DNA of 64,000 nucleotides from Gammaproteobacteria bacterium (GCA_024225395.1 JAAEMR010000159.1:811-64810), one strand, 5' to 3'; counted from the stretch's first letter, positions 50,539 through 61,270 are shown. Notes: generated by a model not told the origin, from the letters alone. Numbers and translations are program-made.

Positions 50539-50838
50539 TTACGTTAACTCTACCAATAATTGACCATCTTTGATGATTAGAGGCCAGCTTTTCACACCTT
50601 TACCCGCTAAAGGTGAAAGACCACTCCCGGTTTTGATATCAAACTGCGCCTTATGCCAGGGGCATTCTATTACTTCATCTTTAAGCTGACCTTCACAAAG
50701 AGCAGCCCCCTTGTGCGGACAAAGATTATCGAGAAGATAGAATTGATCAGATTGATAAATGAGCAGCAGGGAATTGTCTTCAATATTGATACATTGAACC
50801 TGTGTTTGCTTCAGTTCTTCTATATTTCCTAATAACAT
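50539..50838 (-). CDS. Rieske [2Fe-2S] ferredoxin-like protein (NirD-like)
   Basis: 99 aa with CPHKG...CPWH Rieske ligands. Confidence 0.7.
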   Translation of the reverse strand: MLLGNIEELKQTQVQCINIEDNSLLLIYQSDQFYLLDNLCPHKGAALCEGQLKDEVIECPWHKAQFDIKTGSGLSPLAGKGVKSWPLIIKDGQLLVELT

Positions 50839-50847
50839 TATTCCAGT

Positions 50848-52692
50848 CTATAAGCGCACTTTCACGCAATTTCTGCCATTCTTTTTAGCCACAAACAAAG
50901 CCATATCAGCTCGCTTAATCATCGTCTCATGATTACCGGTTTCATCGGTAATAGCAGCAACACCGATACTTAGCGTGGCTTTTTTAATTCCAAAAGGGGT
51001 TTGAAATTTTGCCTGTTCGGTGTATTCGCGTAAATTTTCTGCAAATTTTTCTGCTGCATTCATGTCTACCCTGGGTAGCAAAACACTAAACCCATTTTGC
51101 CCATAGCGCCCTAATACATCACTTTCTTTATCAGTTTTAGAAAAAACATGCTTTACAATACCGGCAAAAACTTTATACGCTGTTTTATCACCTTCTTTCT
51201 CACGAATCTTAGATAGACCATCCACTTCAACCAGCAGTAAAGATAAAGGTTCTCCTTCTACTGCTGCGGTTCTATACCTGTCCATAGAAACATGTTCTGC
51301 ATTTTCTCGACTCAGCAGAGTAATCGTTTTCCTGGCCGTTTCGGTATCCTGATGTATTTTTTTCACCACCGCAGACGGAACGACTGTTACATCCCTGCTT
51401 GAAGGCTTAGCTCGATTTTCAGCTTTAACTTCATCTTTTTGAGCCAGAGCATCCTGCAATGTCTGATTTATTGTCAGATCCATATCGGTATTGGGGGAGC
51501 TGGATTCCTTTCCATGTTTTGGAGGTCCTATTTTCTGGCCAGGAGAATTCGCCTTTGCAGTCTCTCGCATGCCCGCTGACATTAAAGAGGCTTTGGTTGT
51601 TCGATTGAAAATCATCATGGCCTGGGTCGCTATACTGACACTGGCCGTCATATCCAGGTCATCAAAGGCAGAACTGGCTCGTCTGAGGCTCACAACACCC
51701 ACCAGACTGGTATCATTAAATATTGGAATATCAAGTCTATAATGCTGAAAATGCTTTTTTTCCTTGCCGAACATTCCTTTGACAATATCATACTGAGCAC
51801 TCACTGAAGCCTGTCGGGTTTGTGATAAACGAGTAAGCAAATCATCTGACCAAAGCGTTTTATCTTCCTGCTCGAACAATGTTCCATCTATCTCATCTGC
51901 GGCAGGTTTTGGACCCTTTCCATCCAACGATGTCAGAATATAAGAATCATATTCTATAACCGTTTTAATATGTTCCATCAATCTTGCGGTCAAATCTTTG
52001 AAATCGAGAATACCGCTTAATGACATGTCCAGATCGATCAGGGTATAAGCCCAGTTTTCCTGACGTTCATACACTTTAGACAGGGTTTCACTGGTTAAAA
52101 ACATCATTCGACGAGAACGTTCCGATATGTATGAAAGGTATAAAGCCAGGCAATATACTCCAACCATGACCCCCATCAAGGCTAATATATTAGTATCCGA
52201 TGCAGCCATTAAATAGGCTGTAGATATAAAAGCGGCGACTACCGAAAGACTAAGAATATAAGACACTCTGAAACTGAGAGAATTTAAACTACCCATCCAG
52301 ATAACTAGCAGAGTAATCTCAATGGCATGGTAAAGCCGGTAATTTTGAAGGTAGAGCCCCCCGCATAAAATCAGCAGTGTCAGGATTCCAGGAAAAATAA
52401 CACGAAGCTTCAACACACTGGTACTGCTGCTCACCGCACTAAAAAAAACAATGCCCAGACATAAAAGTGAATTGAAAAGATAAGAATACAGCGGAATTGA
52501 AGAGTTTAGACCCAGTATCCAGAATTCAAGAAAAGCATAGGTAAGATTAATGACGGCTAATGTGAGCAGAGAAAAGACCGCTGTACTTCGACCGCGTTTA
52601 AGCTGAAATTGTTGAAATTTCTTTTCTGTTGCATCATTACAAAAACTTAGTTTTACTGCCTTTTTATAACGACTAATTTTTTCTACTGGCAC
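50848..52692 (-). CDS. multi-TM sensor protein with C-terminal degenerate GGDEF domain
   Basis: 614 aa: about 6 N-terminal TM helices, a central region, and a GGDEF-fold C-terminus in which the signature reads RYGQNGF instead of RYGGEEF. Confidence 0.6.
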   Translation of the reverse strand: MPVEKISRYKKAVKLSFCNDATEKKFQQFQLKRGRSTAVFSLLTLAVINLTYAFLEFWILGLNSSIPLYSYLFNSLLCLGIVFFSAVSSSTSVLKLRVIFPGILTLLILCGGLYLQNYRLYHAIEITLLVIWMGSLNSLSFRVSYILSLSVVAAFISTAYLMAASDTNILALMGVMVGVYCLALYLSYISERSRRMMFLTSETLSKVYERQENWAYTLIDLDMSLSGILDFKDLTARLMEHIKTVIEYDSYILTSLDGKGPKPAADEIDGTLFEQEDKTLWSDDLLTRLSQTRQASVSAQYDIVKGMFGKEKKHFQHYRLDIPIFNDTSLVGVVSLRRASSAFDDLDMTASVSIATQAMMIFNRTTKASLMSAGMRETAKANSPGQKIGPPKHGKESSSPNTDMDLTINQTLQDALAQKDEVKAENRAKPSSRDVTVVPSAVVKKIHQDTETARKTITLLSRENAEHVSMDRYRTAAVEGEPLSLLLVEVDGLSKIREKEGDKTAYKVFAGIVKHVFSKTDKESDVLGRYGQNGFSVLLPRVDMNAAEKFAENLREYTEQAKFQTPFGIKKATLSIGVAAITDETGNHETMIKRADMALFVAKKNGRNCVKVRL

Positions 52693-52911
52693 GTTTTGAT
52701 CTACCTGTTGTAGTATCCTGAATACGACCCAAATGGCCAGTAACAGGTTAATTATAGCGGTAAAAAATAGATAAATTGGTTACAACAGTTTTAAAATATC
52801 AACACAACAACCATAATAACCTTTTAGAAAATAACAAACTTCATAACTCTACTAATTTATACTAGCATATTCTTCGGGAATTCAAATGCTTAAGAGAAAT
52901 ATTTCATACTT

Positions 52912-53667
52912 ATGTTTAACATTACCCCGTCTTTATATAAAGCAACACTCTGGAAAATAGTAATTAGTTATTTTTTTACTTTGCTATTTTTATTTCTGAG
53001 CAATCAGCTACATGCCCAGTTTTTAACCTATCAACAACAAACCGACAAGCTTGACCTCAAGGCCAGAAGAGCTATGCAGCAAGGTAATTATGCGATTGCC
53101 TACTGTATTTGGGAACCTTTAGCGCAGCAGGGGAACAGCTCAGCGCAATACAACATAGGCTGGATGTTTCACAATGGTTACGGCTTAAGCATCAACGATA
53201 ATAAAGCACTTTACTGGTGGCTTAAATCTGCAGCGACAGGTAATACGAACTCACACTATGCACTAGGTGACCTTTATTCTCAGGGTCTGGGGGTCGAGAA
53301 AAATATACCTATAGCGCTTGGCTGGTATATTTCAGCGGCAATAAAGGGTCATGAACCTGCCCGGGAAACATTAATGGCTTTTCTAAGTAGCGATAATAAA
53401 CTGGCAAAAAATACCTTTCAGTCATTACTGCAAACTGACTGGTCAATACTCGGTGACACGATGGAAGTCAGAGTTGATAAAGCCAATACAAGGCGTGGTC
53501 CCGATAAAAGCTATAAAGTAGTTACAACGCTGGAACGGGGACACAAGGTCATACCGCTTCGCGAGAAAAACGGCTGGACCTATATTGGCATTACTCATAG
53601 CGGAAAAACAGCCTGGATATTCAGCAGCCTGATCAGTAAACCGGCTGGAATTTATCCCGTGGAATAA
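52912..53667 (+). CDS. Sel1-repeat plus bacterial SH3-domain protein
   Basis: 251 aa: N-terminal TM/signal, Sel1-like repeats (AQYNIGWMFHNGYG..., YALGDLYSQGLG...), and a C-terminal SH3b-like domain. Confidence 0.55.
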   Translation: MFNITPSLYKATLWKIVISYFFTLLFLFLSNQLHAQFLTYQQQTDKLDLKARRAMQQGNYAIAYCIWEPLAQQGNSSAQYNIGWMFHNGYGLSINDNKALYWWLKSAATGNTNSHYALGDLYSQGLGVEKNIPIALGWYISAAIKGHEPARETLMAFLSSDNKLAKNTFQSLLQTDWSILGDTMEVRVDKANTRRGPDKSYKVVTTLERGHKVIPLREKNGWTYIGITHSGKTAWIFSSLISKPAGIYPVE

Positions 53668-53682
53668 TCATGAGCTGGAGTA

Positions 53683-54288
53683 TTAATTAAACAGATCAGA
53701 AAAACGGCGTAGATTAGTTTTCCTGTGACGGCTTGTTGTATCCATTAATGTGGCAATCCTGGAAACGTAACCACGAGTTTCTGCAGGCAAATGTTTTTTT
53801 ACTTCAATCCAGGTGTAACTGTCTTTTTTACGCGTCCGTTTAACGGCCTTCAGAACTCGACCATAACCTGCATTATAACTGGAGAAAGCCAAAAACAGTC
53901 GTTCATCACTGGGTAAAGGTTTACGCCATTTACGATACAATTGCCTGTCATAAAAAATACCCGCAGCAATGTTCCAGCGGGGATCATTAGATGCAATAAA
54001 TGTCGGATTCTGTTCTCTTATTTCCTCAAAAGTAGCGGGCATAATTTGCATGACACCCTTGGCACCCACAGGACTGGAAGCATTTTCATTTAAATTGGAC
54101 TCAGCTATTCCTTGTGATTTAAACCAACGCCATTCAAAATGTGGTCCAAAATATCGTTTAGAATATTTTTTAAAGTGCCGGTCGAATTTATCATGCCATT
54201 TATCCGATTCAATCGCACGGGCATGCCCGGTATTAACCACCATAAAGGTCAATAGAAGGATCAAATATAAATGCCGATTAAAAATCAT
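53683..54288 (-). CDS. small lytic transglycosylase (SLT domain) protein
   Basis: 201 aa with signal peptide, ...ESNLNENASSPVGAKGVMQIMPATF... and ...AYNAG. Confidence 0.65.
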   Translation of the reverse strand: MIFNRHLYLILLLTFMVVNTGHARAIESDKWHDKFDRHFKKYSKRYFGPHFEWRWFKSQGIAESNLNENASSPVGAKGVMQIMPATFEEIREQNPTFIASNDPRWNIAAGIFYDRQLYRKWRKPLPSDERLFLAFSSYNAGYGRVLKAVKRTRKKDSYTWIEVKKHLPAETRGYVSRIATLMDTTSRHRKTNLRRFSDLFN

Positions 54289-54325
54289 AAAGCCGAGTAT
54301 AACTTGAAAATCAATATGATCTCTA

Positions 54326-55132
54326 ATGGATAATCTATTTTTTTACTCATCAAAATATATCTGGACTATTTTATCACCCGATAGCCTGTTCATAATCTTT
54401 CTAACACTTTCCCTGTTATTGCTTCTTTTTAGACAGACTCAAAAAGCTATTGGACTTTTAGGCCTGTTAACGGTAAGTACTTTATTTTTGAGCTTTTTTT
54501 CAGTGGGAGACTGGATGCTTTACCCCCTGGAAAGTCGTTTTCAGCATAATCCAGAGTTACCAGCAAAGGTCGATGGCATCATTGTTTTAGGAGGCTCAGT
54601 AATTCCAGAGTTGAGCACAGAATGGCAACAACTTGAAACTTATTCAAATCATGAGCGCTTAAGCAACTTTCTTCGACTGGCCAGACTTTATCCGGATGCA
54701 AAACTGGTTTTTAGTGGTGGAAATGCAAGCACTGACAGGAGTAAAACCACCGAAGCTCAAATAGTTGAAACTTACTTCCTGCAGTCAGGTTTATCTGAGG
54801 AACGATTATTTATCGAAGACAAGGCCAGGAATACCGCAGAAAACGTTAGTTATTCCAGGCAGTTAATGAATCCTCAGCCGGATGAAAACTGGGTCATGAT
54901 CACGACCGCTTATCATATACCCAGATCAATGGGCCTTTTCTGCAAACATAACTGGAAGGTTATTCCTTTCCCGGTCGATCATCAGACCCTGCCATCTAAA
55001 CTTTATCAGCCTGACTTTGATTTGATTGGACATGTCAATTCCCTGATATTGGCATCACATGAGTGGGTGGGGTTATTGGCTTATTACCTGACTGGAAAAA
55101 TAGATTCTATTTTCCCCTCAGCGTGTAAGTAG
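54326..55132 (+). CDS. DUF218 (YdcF/ElyC-family) protein
   Basis: 268 aa with an N-terminal TM region, then IIVLGGS...LVFSGGN...AENV (DUF218 core). Confidence 0.6.
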   Translation: MDNLFFYSSKYIWTILSPDSLFIIFLTLSLLLLLFRQTQKAIGLLGLLTVSTLFLSFFSVGDWMLYPLESRFQHNPELPAKVDGIIVLGGSVIPELSTEWQQLETYSNHERLSNFLRLARLYPDAKLVFSGGNASTDRSKTTEAQIVETYFLQSGLSEERLFIEDKARNTAENVSYSRQLMNPQPDENWVMITTAYHIPRSMGLFCKHNWKVIPFPVDHQTLPSKLYQPDFDLIGHVNSLILASHEWVGLLAYYLTGKIDSIFPSACK

Positions 55133-55181
55133 TGTTTGAATAGAAAGTAGTTGCTGGCAAGGCTTTTCGCTCAGGCACTGA

Positions 55182-55550
55182 TCATTCAAACTGATCTGTT
55201 CGCAACATAACCAGGGTACAGGCTTCCAGAGTTTCAATGCCATGCTGCTGATAAAACTGTTCCAGTTCCGTCGATTCTGTACCGGGATTAAAAATGATAC
55301 GGCGTGGTTTTATCGATAGAACATCCTGCTTGATCTTTTCGTGAAGCCCTGCATTCAGGTACAGGGTCACCGTATCTACTGTATGGTTGATCTGATTAAT
55401 AGAACTATAACCTTCGACACCCAGTATTTCCCGACCATTCCCAGAAACCGGAAAAACTGTATGCCTGTAATCCATCAACATCTGTTGAGCCTTGTAAGCA
55501 TAACGTTGAGGTTTATGACTAGCGCCAATAATCGCCACACACAATGACAT
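55182..55550 (-). CDS. CoA-binding domain protein (YccU-like)
   Basis: 122 aa. ...VAIIGASHKPQRYAYKA... is typical of the CoA_binding_2 family. Confidence 0.6.
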   Translation of the reverse strand: MSLCVAIIGASHKPQRYAYKAQQMLMDYRHTVFPVSGNGREILGVEGYSSINQINHTVDTVTLYLNAGLHEKIKQDVLSIKPRRIIFNPGTESTELEQFYQQHGIETLEACTLVMLRTDQFE

Positions 55551-56197
55551 TACAGCTCTCCAGCGGTTAAATTAAACTGAGTTTGCGTCATGTATTCAAA
55601 TAACTCTTTTCCATCGTTATCAACCATAATTCTGACCCCCTGTTGCGGATAAAACCAAAGCTCTGTGGTTTCATCCACCACTTTACGACTTGCCGGTTCA
55701 CCAAATCGTTGCGTTATAAATTGTTGATCCATTCCACTATAAGCAGGAATATAACTTAACGATTTTATCAGTCGCACTCCCTGTTCGGACTGTTTATCAG
55801 TTTTAATAGTCCACCTTTGACTGCCATCCTCAGTGATAACCCGTTTGATCGTGTGCTCAGTTAGACTATCCAGCTCAGACTGGGAAGCATCTAGATTCGC
55901 AATAATTCTTGCACTGAAAGGCCCGATGTTTACCTTGCCAAAATAGGCTTCAAGACTGTAATCACCCTTCTGACTTTTAAACAGTGCCAGTCCATCCAGT
56001 TTCCCAAATTTCTGCCTGGCCTGCTCCAGCGTGGTTTTATTCAATTCTATGCCAAATACTTCGCTATGATTAGCATCATGCACCGTAATATGCCAGGGCA
56101 TATCAGCCGGTTCATTCAGAGATTGCTCTGTGGTGGAATAGAACAGAACAACTGCAACGACTGTGATAGAAGCGATGATGAGTAAAGCCAGTTTCAT
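55550..56197 (-). CDS. hypothetical exported protein
   Basis: 215 aa with signal-like N-terminus and no recognised domain. Overlaps the next gene by 1 nt. Confidence 0.4.
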   Translation of the reverse strand: MKLALLIIASITVVAVVLFYSTTEQSLNEPADMPWHITVHDANHSEVFGIELNKTTLEQARQKFGKLDGLALFKSQKGDYSLEAYFGKVNIGPFSARIIANLDASQSELDSLTEHTIKRVITEDGSQRWTIKTDKQSEQGVRLIKSLSYIPAYSGMDQQFITQRFGEPASRKVVDETTELWFYPQQGVRIMVDNDGKELFEYMTQTQFNLTAGEL

Positions 56198-56214
56198 TGG
56201 TTTATTCAGAGGAA

Positions 56215-57396
56215 TTAGAGTCGGGCGCGCACTATAGCGGCTATCTCTTTATCTGTCAGTCTTATCGGATTAGTTTTCATACTACTTCCACTCACATTTT
56301 GTACAATTCGATCGATATCACTTTGTAACACGCCGAAGTCTGACAAACGTGGAATTTTCAGCTGTTCAGTCCAGTTTCGCAAAGTTTTAAACAGGCAGTT
56401 AAAAGCAGAGTCAAAATCAGCAAAATGTTTTCTACAAAGCATCTGCGCTATTTTTTTATACGACTCTAAAGCAGGATTATCAGGTTCACGCTGTAACATG
56501 GCTTTGATATTTATTTCCGTAGCCTCAGCCAGCAGGCAACCACAAACCACCCCGTGCGGAACAGGAAACATGGCACCCAGTGGTGAAGCCAGGCCATGCA
56601 CCGACCCCAGCCCGGTTTGAGCGAGATTAATGCCGGAAACCATCGATGCAAAAGCCATGTTTTCGCGTGCACCGGCATGTTGTGCAGAAGACTCGAATAA
56701 CGGTAACAGGCTACCAGGAATACGCCGAAGTGCCTGTTCAGAAAGCGCATTACAAAATACATTCTGACGGATTGAGACGTAAGATTCGATTAACTGGGTT
56801 AGCGCATCCATGCCATTAGCTGCAATGACAGAAGGTGGACAACTTGCCAGTAGATCGGGATCAACAATCGCCGCCCTGGCCATCAACTGGTCATCACGGA
56901 ATGATTTTTTAAAACCCTGCTCGCCCAAACGACTCAATACCGCATTCCTGGTCGCTTCACTGCCAGTGCCTGCGGTTGTAGGTACCGCAATAAAAGGCAC
57001 CGATGGCCCGGGATATTTGAGCTCGGGACCGACACCTTCTAGATAATCCAGCACCGGTTGGTTAATCAACAGTAACCCGGCTATTGCCTTTGCAGCATCC
57101 ATCGCACTGCCACCGCCAACAGCAACTACCGCGTCAATGCCTGACTGGCTGAATTGTTGAACAGCTTTATCGACCAGCTCCGGTGAAGGCTCACCCATAA
57201 CGGTGATCTGCTCATACTGGATACCGGCCGAATTAAGAGACTCGACCAGCTGTGGCCACCAGTCGGTTCCAGACCATGAAGAACCACCGGTTACCAATAA
57301 AATTCGACTTCCAAATTTACTGATCACTTGAGGAAGCTGTTTGAGCTTTCCCGATCCAAATAATATTTCGGGTAACTTTGAGAGTGAAAACTGCAC
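56215..57396 (-). CDS. iron-containing (group III) alcohol dehydrogenase
   Basis: 393 aa with GGGSxMD-type NAD motif (VGGGSAMDAAKA) and the Fe-ADH His cluster. Confidence 0.8.
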   Translation of the reverse strand: MQFSLSKLPEILFGSGKLKQLPQVISKFGSRILLVTGGSSWSGTDWWPQLVESLNSAGIQYEQITVMGEPSPELVDKAVQQFSQSGIDAVVAVGGGSAMDAAKAIAGLLLINQPVLDYLEGVGPELKYPGPSVPFIAVPTTAGTGSEATRNAVLSRLGEQGFKKSFRDDQLMARAAIVDPDLLASCPPSVIAANGMDALTQLIESYVSIRQNVFCNALSEQALRRIPGSLLPLFESSAQHAGARENMAFASMVSGINLAQTGLGSVHGLASPLGAMFPVPHGVVCGCLLAEATEINIKAMLQREPDNPALESYKKIAQMLCRKHFADFDSAFNCLFKTLRNWTEQLKIPRLSDFGVLQSDIDRIVQNVSGSSMKTNPIRLTDKEIAAIVRARL

Positions 57397-57410
57397 AATA
57401 GTTAAACGTA

Positions 57411-60071
57411 TTAAAAAGCCAGCGATATATCTTTATGTTTTGCAAGGCAGCTCGCAATTTCTTCAGCCTGATCGATACTCAACCTTTCCTGCATGCGCAA
57501 ACCAATAGTGTTTTTTACCACCTCATCAAACTGTTGCAAACCGGGTAAATACAAACGGGATGCCTGACTACGCCATGACACTTCTGTTTCCAGAATTTCT
57601 ACAGCCTTAACCAGCAGGCCGGAGGCTTTATCTCTATCCTGTGTTTTCTTTAGGGCCCTGCGCGCTTTAGATAATTTAGATTTAACAGGATGGGCATTCT
57701 TGATAGCCGATAACGATGATTCCACACCCTTGATCTGCTCCATAGCCGTTTTAATCTCAGCATCACGAATTACAGCGAATAATGCTTCCAGGTCAGGCTG
57801 AAGTTGCGTTAAAGCATCTGACGCATTCACCATATCCCGGGTATCTGCAACAACCTGGTAACTATCATCCACTAAACGCCGGTATTTGCTACGCGCAATT
57901 TTTTCTTTTTTGGCTAAATCAAGGTATTGTTCTCTGGCACCTTTCCACTGTTGCGGAATGTTCTCGGCTAACTTTTGCTGATCAGATTTTAATTCTTCTA
58001 CCCGGGTTTCCAGCATGGCCATTGCATTTTCATCAGGGTGTTCAGAAAATTCTATTTGTTTTATTTCATCATTTAAAACATCTATTTTCTTACCAATTTT
58101 ACGAATATGTCGTTGAACGGTGCGAACTTCGCGATGCAGCGGCTCATACTCGACCACAAAATGCTGATATGCTTTTTGCGCAATTTCTATCTGGGAAATT
58201 AACTCAAATACTTTCCCCATATCGTTGAACCCTTCATTCAGTTTGTGACGATAGTTATCCGGAAAATAAGCGGTATCCAGTTTTTTAACCTGCTTTAAAG
58301 CGGTTTCAATTTCATTTTTCTGCTTCTCATAACTGGTAAAAACCATATCTTCCATACACAGTTGAATACGAGGATTATTGGGTGGTGGAGCCGTATCCGA
58401 AGTCAGATAAGTTCTGTTGGGCAAATAATTAATTAGCGTAGGAAATGCGCCGGCAATAAACAGACCCAACAATTGCAACCCGATAAAGGCAACAGCCCCT
58501 TTATAGATATGCATGGTTTTAACTATTGCCGGTGCAACCCCGCGTAAATAAAACAACGCAAAGCCAAACGGCGGTGTTAAAAAGGAAGTCTGGATATTTA
58601 ATCCCACCATAACACCCAGCCACACTGCAGTGACATTCGCTTCAGGATTAGCCAGCAAAATCGGCGCGACAATAGGTACAACCACGACGGCTATTTCGAT
58701 AAAATCAAGGAAAAATCCTAATAGGAAAATAACCAGCATCACCACGATAAATTGCATCCAGAACCCACCGGGTAGTGTGGTAAGAAATTGCTTAACCAGC
58801 TCTTCTCCACCAAAGGCTCTAAATGCAGATGTCAGCATCGCAGCACCCAGCAGGATGATAAAAACCATGGACGTAGTTTTCGCGGTATCAATCATTACAT
58901 CATGCAAAATATTATCAATTTTATGTGCACGCCAGATTGCCCAGACAACCGAAGTCAATAATCCTGAGACAGCAATTATCGCCAGGTAAACACCAAACTG
59001 ATCCTCTTCAGTTTTGATGTTTTTGATGTTCAGGTCATAATAGTTCAGCAGAAATGTAATCGCGACCAGCGACACAATCGCCAGAATGGCCGGATAATAG
59101 GAGGTTTTACTACCTTTGGTCAGTCGGTAACTTCCCATGATCAAAGCACCAACGGCACCAATAGCACCCGCCTGATTCACCGTGGCTATGCCTAAAATAA
59201 TAGAACCCAGCACGGTAAAAATGAGCAGCAGCGGCGGAGCTAGTGCCATTAACACCTTAATGAAAAACTGCCTGTTATACTTCCCATCATAAGGAACTGG
59301 CGGTGCCACTTCAGGTTTGATGACCGCTGCAATAAAAATATAAGCCATATACAAACCGACCAGAATCAATCCCGGTACAAATGCCCCCATGAACATATCA
59401 CCGGCACTGGCCGAAACCACGTCAAAATCACTGGGCATAGAAAAATCACCGGTGATTTCCCGGTATTCAGATTTACGAGCCGTGTTTGCCTGATCGGCAG
59501 CACTCGACAGCTGATCAGCCAGAATAATCAACACGATGGAAGGCGGAATGATTTGCCCCAGCGTTCCTGACGCACAGATCGTCCCGCAGGCAAGTGATTT
59601 GGAATAATTGTTACGTAACATGGCTGGCAACGAGATAAGTCCCATTGCAATAACTGTGGCTCCCACAATACCGGTAGTTGCTGCCAGCAAGGCGCCTACA
59701 AAGATGACTGAAATACCAAGACCACCGGGAACAGGGCCAAATAACTGGGCCATCGCAACCAGCAAATCTTCTGCAATTTTTGAGCGTTGCAACATGATAC
59801 CCATGAATACAAACAGTGGAATCGCTATCAGCGTGTCTCGCTCGACCACCCAGTACATACTTCGAAAATTAGTAACGCCGGCACTCAACCACTGGTTCGG
59901 TCCACCGTGTGAAAAGAATGCATCGGGGTCACCAACAAACAGGTACCCGCACAGGGCGGCAATTGCAATAGATAAAATAGCCGAACCGGGCAATGCAAAT
60001 GCAACGGGGAAACCTGATGTTAACGCTGCTATCATTATCACCACTAACAGCAGTAAAAAATAAACTTCCAT
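57411..60071 (-). CDS. dctM: TRAP transporter large permease (DctM family) with ~330-aa C-terminal cytoplasmic coiled-coil extension
   Basis: 886 aa. The N-terminal ~550 aa is DctM-like (...AIPLFVFMGIMLQRS..., 12+ TM helices, with an inserted hydrophilic loop). The C-terminal ~330 aa is strongly helical and charged (EIETALKQVKKLD...EELKSDQQKLAEN...). Confidence 0.8.
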   Translation of the reverse strand: MEVYFLLLLVVIMIAALTSGFPVAFALPGSAILSIAIAALCGYLFVGDPDAFFSHGGPNQWLSAGVTNFRSMYWVVERDTLIAIPLFVFMGIMLQRSKIAEDLLVAMAQLFGPVPGGLGISVIFVGALLAATTGIVGATVIAMGLISLPAMLRNNYSKSLACGTICASGTLGQIIPPSIVLIILADQLSSAADQANTARKSEYREITGDFSMPSDFDVVSASAGDMFMGAFVPGLILVGLYMAYIFIAAVIKPEVAPPVPYDGKYNRQFFIKVLMALAPPLLLIFTVLGSIILGIATVNQAGAIGAVGALIMGSYRLTKGSKTSYYPAILAIVSLVAITFLLNYYDLNIKNIKTEEDQFGVYLAIIAVSGLLTSVVWAIWRAHKIDNILHDVMIDTAKTTSMVFIILLGAAMLTSAFRAFGGEELVKQFLTTLPGGFWMQFIVVMLVIFLLGFFLDFIEIAVVVVPIVAPILLANPEANVTAVWLGVMVGLNIQTSFLTPPFGFALFYLRGVAPAIVKTMHIYKGAVAFIGLQLLGLFIAGAFPTLINYLPNRTYLTSDTAPPPNNPRIQLCMEDMVFTSYEKQKNEIETALKQVKKLDTAYFPDNYRHKLNEGFNDMGKVFELISQIEIAQKAYQHFVVEYEPLHREVRTVQRHIRKIGKKIDVLNDEIKQIEFSEHPDENAMAMLETRVEELKSDQQKLAENIPQQWKGAREQYLDLAKKEKIARSKYRRLVDDSYQVVADTRDMVNASDALTQLQPDLEALFAVIRDAEIKTAMEQIKGVESSLSAIKNAHPVKSKLSKARRALKKTQDRDKASGLLVKAVEILETEVSWRSQASRLYLPGLQQFDEVVKNTIGLRMQERLSIDQAEEIASCLAKHKDISLAF

Positions 60072-61159
60072 CAGGACTCTCTCATCTCAGTTCCAGCATT
60101 CATTCTCATGCCCTCAGGCGATGCGGCATCGGGCAGCACAGTAAATTCACCAGGGTCTTCTTTTTGCTGATCATCCGGTTCAATCAATTCTGCGATATTG
60201 AGTAGTAAATAACTACAAAATTGAACAATCATGGTAACCGCAAACACCACCAGAAAACCTGCCATCAGGTATTTGACATACATGCCATAACCACTTTGAG
60301 AAATCTCATAACTTAACAGGGGGCTATTAATGCTGTTACCTTTACCTCCCAAGCCGTGCATCAAAATAACCCAGCACAAAGGAATGCCCAGAAACACAGA
60401 ACCAATAATATTTGCCGAGGCTTTTTTTACCCGGCTAAACCCGGCGTATAAAACATCCACCCTGACATGTCCTTCATGTATCAATGTATAAGCACTGGCA
60501 AATAAAAATAATGCGGCATACCAGAAACGAACCAGATCTCCCTGAAAAGCCTGTTCATAGGAAAAAACAAATCGGGTTAATACAATTAAAAACTCAGACA
60601 ACACAACCATCAAAGCTAACCAGGAAAAACTAATCTTGCGGAAAATAAATGCAAAAACAAATGAACTGACCAGCAATGGATAATGTACATAAATTCCGCG
60701 AAATGAGGGGCGACCCAATTGTACGATTAATTCATCACCAACCCAGAATTCAAGCATTTTTTCAATGCGTAAAAAAGAGATCATCATATCCACAAAACCA
60801 ATCAACATTACAGCCCAGAAAGCAACCCGCACGAGGTAAGATGCCAGCGCCTGTAATCTTTCAGATGACTGCCGTAGAGAGACCGTTGACGATTTAACGG
60901 CATAAAATGCGACCAATATCAAAACAACCAGATAGCTTGCAAATTGCATCCAGCCCTGGTTAATTTTTTCATCTGCTAAAGTGACCGTTGAATCCTCACC
61001 AAACCAGCCCAGATGCGCGAAAAGGTTATAGGGCCCGGGCAAGCCCTGCCAATAAACCAGATAATTATTTAATAAATACAGAAAAACTGAACCAACCATG
61101 AGATAGGTCAGTGTTTTAATAACAGATGAAATACGAGGAATAGACGGGTTTTCAGTCAT
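60071..61159 (-). CDS. dctQ: TRAP transporter small permease (DctQ-like), unusually long
   Basis: 362 aa: multi-TM, positioned between dctP and dctM. Canonical DctQ is about half this size. Confidence 0.5.
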   Translation of the reverse strand: MTENPSIPRISSVIKTLTYLMVGSVFLYLLNNYLVYWQGLPGPYNLFAHLGWFGEDSTVTLADEKINQGWMQFASYLVVLILVAFYAVKSSTVSLRQSSERLQALASYLVRVAFWAVMLIGFVDMMISFLRIEKMLEFWVGDELIVQLGRPSFRGIYVHYPLLVSSFVFAFIFRKISFSWLALMVVLSEFLIVLTRFVFSYEQAFQGDLVRFWYAALFLFASAYTLIHEGHVRVDVLYAGFSRVKKASANIIGSVFLGIPLCWVILMHGLGGKGNSINSPLLSYEISQSGYGMYVKYLMAGFLVVFAVTMIVQFCSYLLLNIAELIEPDDQQKEDPGEFTVLPDAASPEGMRMNAGTEMRES

Positions 61160-61270
61160 TTGGATAGTGTCACAACAGACTATATAAAGAAAGAGAGGGT
61201 TTAGTCCCGTGAAAAAAGGTGAGACTAAAGTGGCACTTCTGCTTACAGCGACTTAGTTTAACAAAACAAA

